From positions 67,952,001 to 68,016,000 of the forward strand of contig OZ024741.1 of assembly GCA_964016885.1 (NCBI GenBank): a DNA stretch of 64,000 nucleotides, in the 5' to 3' direction. The notes under the pieces were generated by a model, which had not been told where the DNA came from, did not search any database, and was given only the letters and a program-made list of their open reading frames with translations. The stretch's first letter is position 1. Every line of letters begins with the position of its first letter. The position numbers and the translations under genes are program-made. Below are positions 13,722-23,500 of the stretch, piece after piece. Source of the DNA: Eledone cirrhosa. Lineage: Eukaryota.

Positions 13722-16700
13722 CTACAGGCTTATAAACAGAGAAGGCCCAATCACTCGGACCATTTTCGCTTCATTCACGCACCTTTCAGTAAATTTACTG
13801 GGGTGCAGTGCCTCTCTCTCCACCCTCATTCTCCTTCTAAAGTGATACTTAAAGAAGGGAATCAATTGTTGTCCGGAGAGAAAGGCATCTGTCCTCAGTC
13901 CTCTCAACCTCGACCACCATATAACTTCTTTCACCATAGCCACCGTACAGAGGAAAACCACCTCTCTTTCGTTTTTGAAAGAGGCTGGCGGTTTGATCCT
14001 TACTATGGACTCGGCAGTCAACTGGATTTGTCCCAAACGCGACAGCAGTTGTTCTGCATAGTTCCACAGGTCGCTTACGCCCGGGCAGTGTACAATTGCG
14101 TGCAGAACTCTTTCAATGTCCTGCGCACATATTGGACACGTCCTCTTGGAAGGATCCCTGCCAGGGCGTCTGTGCCTGTAGATCTTGTCACGAACCGGTA
14201 GAGCTCCTCGGTAGCACTGCCAGGCCAGGGACCTCTGGAAGTTGTCCACGGGTCCCGGGCGGAAAGTCCTACCAAACAGACTGGTGAGCTCATCGTCTTC
14301 GACGCCCAGAGTCTTTCCGAGCACGTCGTCGCCCTTGTAACGTACAATCCCTCTATAGAATGTCGAAGTGGAGTCTCCACTGATTGCTGCGCCCGCTTGC
14401 CAGAGGACTGTGAGCGCCTGAGCGCATTCAATGTGCCAGGCGCCCATCGTTTTCGGTCTTTTCTTCACCCAGGACTGCAGCTCCGTTAGCGAGACGAGCT
14501 GTGGGAAAGCCTGTCTCACAAACGGTGCCCACACCGGTTGGGGGTCGGTGAGGAATACTTGGAGATGCCGCAGCCTCAGCGCATGTTTGCGCATTATCAG
14601 CCACGGCATTCTCAGCCCTCCGTTGGAAGGGTGCTGACAGCAGCCGGATCTCCTCACCAACGGAGCCTGCTTCTTCCACAGAAACTGGAAGAGCATGCGT
14701 TCCATCTTGGCGAGGTGTTCACGGGGACAAGGCACGACAGTCAAGCGGTAGTAGATGACGGACGCTATGAAAGTGTTCACCACCTCCGCTCGACCTTTCA
14801 AGGACAGTTTGCACTCTTCCCCCTTCTGAGTGAGTGCAAACACCTTGGCAGTGACCTCGTTCCAGTTTTTCTCCACCTGGAGGTCTGGACCGAACTAGAC
14901 CCTGAGCAATTTCACCGGTCCGTCCGTCCAGCGTCCAACGACGCTGTCGGATGTCATCGGTTTGCCTCTCCACGTACAGAGTTGCAAACCGACAGACTTG
15001 TCTGGGTTTAGTTTTGCTCCCGTCAGCGTTTCGTATTCTTTTAGTAAGTTGCCGATCACCCCGATTTCCGAGGTGCTCGACACCATTACCGTTACGTCGT
15101 CGGCATAAGCCGACGCCGATTTGCGCAGTCCCGGTTCTAGGGGGATGCCCTGCAACAGCTCCAATTTCCGCAGTAGTGGCTCTAGAGTCAATACATACAG
15201 AATGGAGGAGAGAGGGCATCCCTGTCGAATGGAACGGTAGCCGTTCACCTTGACCCTCGAGCAGATGCTAGTGTGCATCGCCTCGATCCATCCTCTGAAC
15301 ACGGGACCGAAACCGGCCGCCTTGAGAACCGCTTCCAAGTATCGATGGTCGACCCTATCGAATGCCTTAGACTGATCCAAGTTGATCAGAGCCCCACCGA
15401 AGCCGGGTTTACTACCCACCCTCTCTATGATGTATCGCATGAGGTGGAGGTTGTCGTGTATGGACCTGGTCGGGACTGCACACGTTTGCGCTTTCCCTAC
15501 CAGGTTCTCGACGACAAGCGCCAATCTCGTCGCTAGCACCTTGGCCAAAATCTTTAACTCTGTGTTGAGCAGAGTTATGGGCCTGAAGTTGTTAATTTCG
15601 TCCCCCTTGTTCTCGTCTTTCCTGATCAGCGTTACTACGCCCTTGTCTACAGAACTGGGAATTCTCCCGTTCTGCTGCCAATTGCAGTAGACGGCTTCGA
15701 GGACGCCAGAGAACAAGTCCGGCATGCCTATGTAAAATTCGTAGGGTAGACCATCTAGACCGGGTGACTTGCGTTTCCCGCAGCGGCCCAGAGCGTCCCG
15801 TATCTCAGTGTCCGTGATCGATCTTTCGCAGAACTCTGCGTCCGTGTTCGAGAGACGCGGCAGGTCGTCGAGGTATGAACTAAGGTCCATTGCCCCGTTC
15901 GGCTCACCGTCGTTCTGCTCAAACAGTCGCGCAAAGTGCCGCTGAAAGGCCGCGCACATTTGCTTGGGGTCATGTAGCACGCGTCCGTTTTGGTCTTTCA
16001 AAGACCGAATCGTGGACTTGTTGCCACTTTTTGCCTCCGCCACTCGGGCCCAGCTGACAGCTTTCGCTCCTCACTTTCCTAGAGCACGTGTTTTGCTTCT
16101 GACCACGCAGCCTTCGTGTTTCGCATCGAAGAACTGGTCCAGTGCCGTTCTCGCCGCTAACACTCTAGCCGCGTTGCCACTTCTAAGTGCCTCCTCTATC
16201 TTGGCTACTAGTTCTCTTTCTATTCTGTTTTTCTCTAAGGCTAACTCTCTGCTATACCCTATCGATTCTATTCTAATTGCTTTATTGAGAGAGTACCACC
16301 ATCTATTGTTGACGATGGCTCCCGTTAACTGTTGCTTGACTAGCCTACTTATCCGTTCACTGTAAGCTTTACGTGCCAGCAACGACACGTTCAGCTTCCA
16401 GTATCCGGGACCCTGTCTATGTATTCTATCACGGTTGACTAAGCAGACGACTAACTTGTGATCTGAATAGGCAACCATGTGCATTCGTGGACAGCTTAAC
16501 ATCTCCTTGTCCCTTTCTCTAATGAAGAACCTATCTAAATACGATCTAGATGTCCCACTGCGGTTTACCCACGTCCACTGTGGTGCAGTCGGGAAATCCA
16601 GTCGATACCTATCGGCCAGTTGGAATTGGCCGATTAAAGTTTTGAGGCTGTTGCACCCCGCTCTACTGGGACATGCTCCCACATAGTCCCATCGTGAATC

Positions 16701-17143
16701 TAGGATATCATTCCAGTCCCCCACTAAAAGTAAGGAGCGAGACGTTCCCAGAAAAGACTCTAGACGCTTAAAGAAGTCTGGCCGTGATTGCGATTGCCCG
16801 GTCGGGGCATAAACGGCCACCAGTCTGAAGGCTCCACCTCCGATACTGTTCACGTCTAGGACTACCAGTCTACCCTCCGGGTCCAAGTGTACTTGCTGTA
16901 CTCCGACGTCCAGGTTCTTCCGAAACATAACAGCCACTCCACCTACACCTCCTTGCTGACAGATAGATGCGTAGATCTCAAAGTCGTCGAAGATGGGGTT
17001 AGTTGCTGCCTGTTGTGGATCCTGGACTCGGTGATGGCTATCACATGCATACTGTGTGACCTAAGGTCGTTTAAAAGTTGGCCCTGTTTCCAGGGCATCC
17101 CTAGGCCACGCACATTCACGGTTCCAACTCGTAAACCAGCCAC
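13722..17143 (-). pseudogene. Tx1 ORF2 (APE endonuclease + reverse transcriptase + C-terminal zinc-binding domain), interrupted
   Basis: EN motifs TVNVRG, VYAPTG, VGDWN, YLDRFF, SDHK. RT motifs KSPGLDG, FRPITLLN, LDQSKAFDRVDH, RQGCPLS, YADD. C-terminal CPIC...HAIVHC. Frameshift near 16940, in-frame stops at 16071-16073 and 14895-14897, and a short deletion before SIRQG. Confidence 0.92.
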
Positions 17144-17184
17144 GTTGGTGAAGAAAAGTTGGAGAAAAAGGACGAAAGGCGCAC

Positions 17185-18996
17185 TTACCTTTTCGTTTCC
17201 TGGAGATTGGGTTGTTCAATCTCCATTTGGGTGCTGGATGGGGTGTTGGGTGGGGTGGGGAAACATTTTAACAGGACGCGGTTGGTGGGTTTGTGGCAGG
17301 GGTTGCCCACATCCTGTGAAAATTTAATTTTTAGGTCTTTATAGGTTTCCATAGAAACCCTTATAAGTTTAAGGTGTGGAGACGATTCTGCCTTGACGAA
17401 AGTTTTGCCCTCCGTCTCCACCTTGGAGTTTTGGGAGATGACCTCCATCAAACTCTTGTTGTTTGTGTTGAAGTATGCGTATTGTTGTTTGTGTTTTTGT
17501 TGTGTTGTTTTAGTTTGTTGTTCATCCGGGAGTTTTCTTTTTATGGTGGGTGCTTGTGTTTGGGGTGGTGTTGGTGCTGGTTTTGCTGATAGGGGGATGT
17601 TTGATTGTGGTGTTGTTTGTGTTGTTGTTTGTGTCTGTCGTTGTGTGTTGGTGTTGGTGATTGGAGTTTTGGGGGTTTTGTGGTGTCTCTTTTTTTGTTT
17701 TTTAGATTTCCGCGGTTCTCCCTCTTCTTCACTTAAAGAAGGAGAAGCAGCTTCATCCGTGGATGAATAATCATCGTCAGGTGTGTGGGGTAAGGGTATG
17801 TTGTGTGGTGGTGGTGGTGTTTCGGTATGTGTGTTTGTGGTAGTGTTTGATGGAGTGGGATGGAGTGATGATGTGTTCTTCAGGGTGTTGTCTCTGTTTT
17901 TTCTGTTGTTATTGGTTGTGTGTCTGTTTGTTTTCGTGTGGTTGCTCGTTTCGTCTGTCGTTGTACTTGTGGTGGAGGTGGTTGTTTTGGTGTTGGTGTT
18001 GGTAATAGCGTTTTTTTTATGATGTTGTTGTTGTGTGTTTGTGGACAAGAGGCTTTTAGGTGAGATGTGCTACCACAGCGAAAGCAATGAAATTTTCGTC
18101 CTTCTACCGAAATGTTTATTTTGTTGTTATTATCAATAACGACTCTTTCGGGTATTTTGGAGATTCTCTCCGGTTTCATTTGCAACAGAATCTCCAAATC
18201 TGTGCCCGCCCACCTTTGTCGAATAGATTTTCGTATCGAAAGTATTATGTCTGTTTCTGGCTCTACGAAGCCAGCCAAGATACACCAGATGTTAATGATT
18301 GGAGGTATGTTTTTTATTTTTATTTTTTGTGTCCTTTTCCCCATGTATGTAGGGAAAAAGGTGTATGCTTTTGACACTATTGGTGTCACAGAGTTTTTTG
18401 GGCGAGTGCCTCGCTTTTAACCAGTACGGAAACACTTCCGTACTGTTTTCCTCGCTGGAGAAAATCGACATTTGCTAGAATTTCCTTGAAAGAATCTTCT
18501 ATATCTGCTTGATTAACAAATGTCGGCTTTCTTGACGAATTTGACACAGTCCTAAAAGTGACTGATCTGCGGTTTGTGTCTTCCTTTATTTCAAGGGGTG
18601 AGTTAATTCTAAACCCACCTCTTTCTTCGAAAGTTACAAATGTTCTCCCTTGCTGGAGCATATCTCTTGCGTTGGAGATATCAAGATTTATAAAATCTTG
18701 TTTTTTTATCACTTTTTCAGCGAAAGACATTTTCTTTTTTATGTGGTGTTGCTGTTGATGATGTTGTTATCGTTGTTGGAAATCTCAGTTCCTTGTCGAG
18801 GTGAAACTTTATGTGTAGATGTATCTGTAGAGTTGTTGATGTCTTTTTCATGTGTATGTATGTCAATGGGTTTTTTGGCTGTGTTTTCCTGTGTGTTATT
18901 GTTATTTTTCTCCGCTTCGGCGGTATAAATTGTAAAATTTTCAAATGTTAATATATTTTTTTCTTTTGTGACAGTTGTAACTATGGCGACGTCCAT
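17185..18996 (-). pseudogene. Tx1 ORF1 (gag-like, CCHC zinc knuckle, T/Q/P/N-rich tail), frameshifted
   Basis: Four consecutive ORF pieces (18996-18739, 18730-18386, 18389-17880, 18048-17185); knuckle CFRCGSTSHLKASC. Confidence 0.8.
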
Positions 18997-19301
18997 AGTA
19001 GCAGAAGCAGATATAACGTTAATATCTGCCTCTTTTTCTCTCTCTTTTCTCTATTAACGTTCTCCAGCGTTCTAGTGTTGCTCAAGTTATTTACTTTGTA
19101 AAATCTGACATTTTAAAACAAATTTTAAAAATAAAATGTTCGCCCCTACAGGGGCGAAAAATGGGATTACCACCCAGCTGACAATTCAGCTTGGGGGTTA
19201 ATCTACAAAGTGTTGTGTTTTTTCAAACATCTAGATCGGTTTTTTGCATAGAAAATAACAAAAAACTTACCGGCGATGTTCCACATGTCAGACAGAAAGA
19301 G

Positions 19302-19302
<1 letters not shown>

Positions 19303-19362
<60 letters not shown>
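19303..19362. repeat. (GATA)n tract at the 5' junction of the Tx1 element
   Basis: Direct reading. Confidence 0.95.
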
Positions 19363-19503
19363 TTGTTATACTTTAGGAGCGTCATATTGTTATAATACTG
19401 CCAGAAATAATAATAATGGCAATAGTATAACAATATGGCCCTCCCAAAGTATAAAAACATTTGTTTCGACACGATTTCATATAAAAAACCTTGCAAAACA
19501 AAT
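19360..19503. repeat. Dispersed (TA)n-associated repeat with internal fold-back; other copies at 9600-9695 (opposite strand) and 39390-39485
   Basis: Shared core CCCTCCCAAAGTATAA(C)AA(T)AT..GTTTC(G/A)ACAC..GATTTCA.AT.AA.AA.CTTGC followed by (TA)n. Confidence 0.75.
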
Positions 19504-19598
19504 ATATATATATATATATACATATATTGTTATAATATTGCGATTATTATTATTGCTCTCTCTATATATATAACAACTCAGTCAACCTAGGAGTAATA

Positions 19599-19772
19599 AT
19601 ATACAGTATAGGAAAGTCAACTAATTTATTTCAGGGATTTCCGGCCACCGCTCACTGAACTAAATAATAAGCTTACAAGTAAGAAAATGCAAGTAATCAT
19701 TTAGACTGAACACATTAGGTAATTATTGAGTAAGATGGCAGTGTTTTGGTAATGATAGCTTCAGTATCAAAT
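19599..19772 (+). repeat. Dispersed repeat homologous to 11550-11725 and, inverted, to 10393-10445
   Basis: Shared ATACAGTATA..AATTTATTTCAG.GAT.TC.GGCCAC...ATAATAAGCTT.CAAGT.AGAAAATGCAAGT...GAGTAAGATG.CAGT...CTTCAG.ATCAAAT. Confidence 0.75.
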
Positions 19773-20004
19773 ATGTATATATATACAAACAAAGAGTTAA
19801 GAAGCATTGGTAAAATTTAAAATTTGAAATCTGTCCACCCCAACGCAAATGACCATAACGAGAATCGATCACTATAAATAATAGCTGTGATCGTAACACC
19901 TTTGTTAATCTCTAGCAGTTCTTCTCCCGGTTTTCTCAACTCTTATTTACAGAATCTATTATTACTATTAGGGCCATTTCCGTTAGTCGCACACATTTCA
20001 AATT

Positions 20005-20041
<37 letters not shown>

Positions 20042-20197
20042 GAGAGAGAGATTTTGAGTTTATGTTGGTTGTATACCAACACCTCAGTATGCAGGCTGGA
20101 GCACTCGACGAAGTGCGCAGGTTGGTTTGGTTACTCCGGAGTAGTGTAAAATAAAGTTAAATAAAAGTCAAATGATTAAAATTTAGCTTCGTTTATT

Positions 20198-20252
20198 ACT
20201 GCTATATATATTTCAATGACAGCCATCTTTGGCTGTGACCTCTTCAGGCAGT
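20198..20252 (-). ncRNA. Minimal type I hammerhead ribozyme
   Basis: Minus strand ACTGC-CTGAAGA-GGTCACAGCC AAAGAT GGCTGTCATT-GAAA-TATATA-TA-GCAGT. Confidence 0.75.
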
Positions 20253-20348
20253 GAATTAACAACCAAACAAGGAACTGGGCATATCAGAGTATTGACAATA
20301 TTATACAGCTAAACAACATATGTACTTGTCTATACCATACTAATTCAA

Positions 20349-20405
20349 ACTGCCTGAAGAGGTCACAGCCAAAGATGGCTGTCACTGAGATATATATATA
20401 GCAGT
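20349..20405 (+). ncRNA. Hammerhead copy with core mutation (GAAA to GAGA), probably inactive
   Basis: ACTGC-CTGAAGA-GGTCACAGCC..GGCTGTCACT-GAGA-TATATATA-TA-GCAGT. Confidence 0.55.
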
Positions 20406-20449
20406 AATAAACGAAGCTAAATTTTAATCATTTGACTTTTATTTAACTT

Positions 20450-20509
<60 letters not shown>

Positions 20510-20666
20510 TGGAATAAATGCTCTGAAATAGCGATATATATGTGAATATAGACATAGAATATTCGAAAATATTCTGTATGTTTATAATAAACATTTTGAA
20601 GACCTAATCGCTATAGAATAGAATACGTCACGTATTACAATTAGATTCTCGATAAAAGCAAGGGAA

Positions 20667-20709
20667 GTAATCTACGCGTTTCATTCTTGTTAGAATTCAT
20701 CAGGACTAC
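20667..20709 (-). ncRNA. Type I hammerhead ribozyme, array unit 1
   Basis: Minus strand GTAGTC-CTGATGA-ATTC TAACAA GAAT-GAAA-CGCG-TA^GATTAC. Stem I is extended by a perfect 16-bp helix (20645-20660 with 20718-20733). Predicted cleavage between 20673 and 20672. Confidence 0.9.
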
Positions 20710-20976
20710 ATATCCAGTGCTTTTATCGAGAATGACACAGCTAGAGACTTATAGAATACTTAGCTGTGTACAGGAACTGGTTTGAAAGAGCGGTTGCCGG
20801 TCCGGCAGAAATTAGAAATTGGAATAAATGCTCTGAAATAGCGATATATATGTGAATATAGACATAGAATATTCGAAAATATTCTGTATGTTTATAATAA
20901 ACATTTTGAAGACCTAATCGCTATAGAATAGAATACGTCACGTATTACAATTAGATTCTCGATAAAAGCAAGGGAA

Positions 20977-21019
20977 GTAATCTACGCGTTTCATTCTTGT
21001 TAGAATTCATCAGGACTAC
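20977..21019 (-). ncRNA. Type I hammerhead ribozyme, array unit 2
   Basis: Identical to unit 1, offset 310. Confidence 0.9.
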
Positions 21020-21286
21020 ATATCCAGTGCTTTTATCGAGAATGACACAGCTAGAGACTTATAGAATACTTAGCTGTGTACAGGAACTGGTTTGAAAGAG
21101 CGGTTGCCGGTCCGGCAGAAATTAGAAATTGGAATAAATGCTCTGAAATAGCGATATATATGTGAATATAGACATAGAATATTCGAAAATATTCTGTATG
21201 TTTATAATAAACATTTTGAAGACCTAATCGCTATAGAATAGAATACGTCACGTATTACAATTAGATTCTCGATAAAAGCAAGGGAA

Positions 21287-21329
21287 GTAATCTACGCGTT
21301 TCATTCTTGTTAGAATTCATCAGGACTAC
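21287..21329 (-). ncRNA. Type I hammerhead ribozyme, array unit 3
   Basis: Identical to unit 1, offset 620. Confidence 0.9.
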
Positions 21330-21596
21330 ATATCCAGTGCTTTTATCGAGAATGACACAGCTAGAGACTTATAGAATACTTAGCTGTGTACAGGAACTGG
21401 TTTGAAAGAGCGGTTGCCGGTCCGGCAGAAATTAGAAATTGGAATAAATGCTCTGAAATAGCGATATATATGTGAATATAGACATAGAATATTCGAAAAT
21501 ATTCTGTATGTTTATAATAAACATTTTGAAGACCTAATCGCTATAGAATAGAATACGTCACGTATTACAATTAGATTCTCGATAAAAGCAAGGGAA

Positions 21597-21639
21597 GTAA
21601 TCTACGCGTTTCATTCTTGTTAGAATTCATCAGGACTAC
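21597..21639 (-). ncRNA. Type I hammerhead ribozyme, array unit 4
   Basis: Identical to unit 1, offset 930. Confidence 0.9.
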
Positions 21640-21945
21640 ATATCCAGTGCTTTTATCGAGAATGACACAGCTAGAGACTTATAGAATACTTAGCTGTGTA
21701 CAGGAACTGGTTTGAAAGAGCGGTTGCCGGTCCGGCAGAAATTAGAAATTGGAATAAATGCTCTGAAATAGCGATATATATGTGAATATAGACATAGAAT
21801 ATTCGAAAATATTCTGTATGTTTATAATAAACATTTTGAAGACCTAATCGCTATAGAATAGAATACGTCACGTATTACAATTAGATTCTCGATAAAAGCA
21901 AGGGAAGTAATCTACGCGTTTCATATATATATATATATATATATA

Positions 21946-22146
21946 TATTTAATTGATATTAAATAAATGGAAACTATATTTATGAAACCATATTTATTCT
22001 ATTGTTTTTATAAATATAGGTTTTATAAATATAGTTTCCATTTATTTAATATCAATTAAATACTTACTCCAGAAAATCTGTCGAGTGCTTTGAATCAGTT
22101 GTAAACATCTATATTTGTTGGATGACCAACAAATTAAATATCTCTT
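21946..22146 (+). mobile_element. Truncated fold-back element end (arms 21946-21997 and 22010-22061), same family as 63460-63866
   Basis: Shared GGTTTTATAAATATAGTTTCCATTT.TTAATATC...TTACTCCA...GAGTGCTTT..ATCAGTT.TAAA; bounded by (TA)n. Confidence 0.7.
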
Positions 22147-22163
22147 ATATACATATATATATA

Positions 22164-22700
22164 TGAATTTTTTGAAATTTATTTTGAAACCTTTTTCTTA
22201 TTTGCTAAACCTTGATTATATATGTTCTGGCTCGTTAATTTATTAACTAGCCATTGAACCACATTGGCATATGGTTGAACAATACATGTGTCCCTGGATG
22301 CTTTTTGCGTGTAGGGATATATACTTTATTATTATTATTCTCCACTTGGTCGAGATAAAATTTGGTCGTTTTGACTGCTGCTATTTATAGTGGTAGTAGA
22401 CTGACCTCCCTGCCTCTGCTTCTATCTTTACACACGGCACTGGACAGAATTGCTTCCACATCATTCATTCTCATCTCGGGAACAATTTTGAATAGCGCTA
22501 GTTCGTAATTTGAACTCGGGAATTTTATATTCTCCGAGTGAAAAGAACCTTCTGACGAGAGTTTATCTTTAAAATGGAAGGCCGCAAGGACTGCCCATTT
22601 ATTTTTGAGACTCGAAACCGATTCGGTAAAGGTAACCATAGTGAGTACAGTGAATTTTTTGAAATTTATTTTGAAACTTTTTCTTATTTGCTAAACCTTG

Positions 22701-22703
<3 letters not shown>
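22164..22703 (+). mobile_element. 487-bp HHR-containing unit with about 55-bp terminal direct redundancy (1.1-mer retrozyme/pLTR-like)
   Basis: TGAATTTTTTGAAATTTATTTTGAAAC...GCTAAACCTTGATT at 22164 and 22651; (TA)n on both sides. Confidence 0.8.
22547..22633 (+). ncRNA. Type I hammerhead ribozyme with long stem II
   Basis: ACCTT-CTGACGA-GAGTTT...AGACTC-GAAA-CCGATTCGG-TA^AAGGT; stem I ACCTT/AAGGT, stem III CCG/CGG, GUA triplet. Confidence 0.85.
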
Positions 22704-22771
<68 letters not shown>

Positions 22772-22789
22772 CTGTGTGTGTGTGTATTA

Positions 22790-23056
22790 ATTAGCAGAGA
22801 GAGTCGCTGCAGCTTCGGCCGTCTCTTACTCTCTTAATGATATAAGGTTTAGAAATACAAATATATTACTCTGAGCACAAGTCTCCCCACTGGACAGGGT
22901 TAAACCCCCAGCCATTTCTGGTACTCATTTTCAGCTGAGTATACTGAAGTAACGTGAAATTAAGTGTTTTGCTCAAAAACAGAACACGCAACACGGGAAT
23001 CGAACACACATTATGATCGTAAGTCCAACACTCTTACCACTAGGCCACGTGCCACC
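22790..23056 (-). mobile_element. tRNA-derived SINE (second family); related copy at 24340-24560
   Basis: Minus strand GGCACGTGGCCTAGTGGTAAGAGTGTTGGACTT...GTTCGATTCCCG (A/B boxes) followed by TTGAGCAAAACACTT core. Confidence 0.7.
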
Positions 23057-23059
23057 TTT

Positions 23060-23500
23060 TGTCACTCTCTCTCAACATATTACCCTCTCTCACTGAACCA
23101 CCAAACTCTCTCCCTCTTTCTATATCCCAATACATACCTCACTTTCTCTCACCCCTTCTCTCACTAAACCACCAAACTCTCTGCCACCCTCTATATCCCA
23201 CTACATACCTCACTCTCTCACAATTTCCCCTCTCGCACTAGATCACCAAATTCTCTCCCCTCTCTATATACCGGTACATACCACACTCTCTATCATACTC
23301 GTAATTCCCACTCTCTCACCCCCTCACTATATCCCACTAGACGCTTCACTCTCTATTGCTTTCATAATTACCCCTCTGTCCCTATATAACCAAACTCTCT
23401 GCCCCTCTCTATATCCCACTACATACCTCACTCTCTCTCAAAATTCCCTCTCTCTCACTAGACCAACAAATTCTCTTCCCCTCTGTATATTCCACTACAG
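23060..23500. repeat. Degenerate C/T-rich tandem repeat (about 60-70 bp units), similar to 50390-51230
   Basis: Recurring CACCAAA(C/T)TCTC..CCCTCT.TATATC...CTACA. Confidence 0.7.

Larger units (their letters stand above)
13488..19302 (-). mobile_element. Near full-length Tx1-clade (L1 group) non-LTR retrotransposon, disabled
   Basis: ORF1 with CCHC knuckle, then APE endonuclease, RT and a C-terminal Cys/His domain. The 3' end reads AATAAAGAAATC into (TATC)n, and (GATA)n is also present at the 5' end. Confidence 0.92.
20050..20458. mobile_element. Fold-back HHR-bearing small element (Penelope pLTR-like); arms about 20147-20258 and 20341-20457
   Basis: Near-perfect inverted repeat of about 110 bp, one hammerhead per arm, bounded by microsatellites. 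Confidence 0.75.
20506..21924 (-). mobile_element. 310-bp tandem array (about 4.6 units) with one hammerhead per unit; non-LTR retrozyme-like
   Basis: GGAATAAATG recurs at 20511, 20821, 21131, 21441 and 21751; units look identical by eye; (TA)n on both sides. Confidence 0.9.

Noticed and set aside
13633-16686. Plus-strand ORFs overlapping Tx1 ORF2
   Set aside because: Antisense shadows of a GC-rich coding region with no recognisable motifs
20506-21924. CRISPR array or rDNA/snRNA gene tandem
   Set aside because: No variable spacers, eukaryotic context, and no recognisable 5S, tRNA or snRNA sequence
22990-23056. tRNA gene
   Set aside because: A/B boxes run into a SINE body and no full cloverleaf is present
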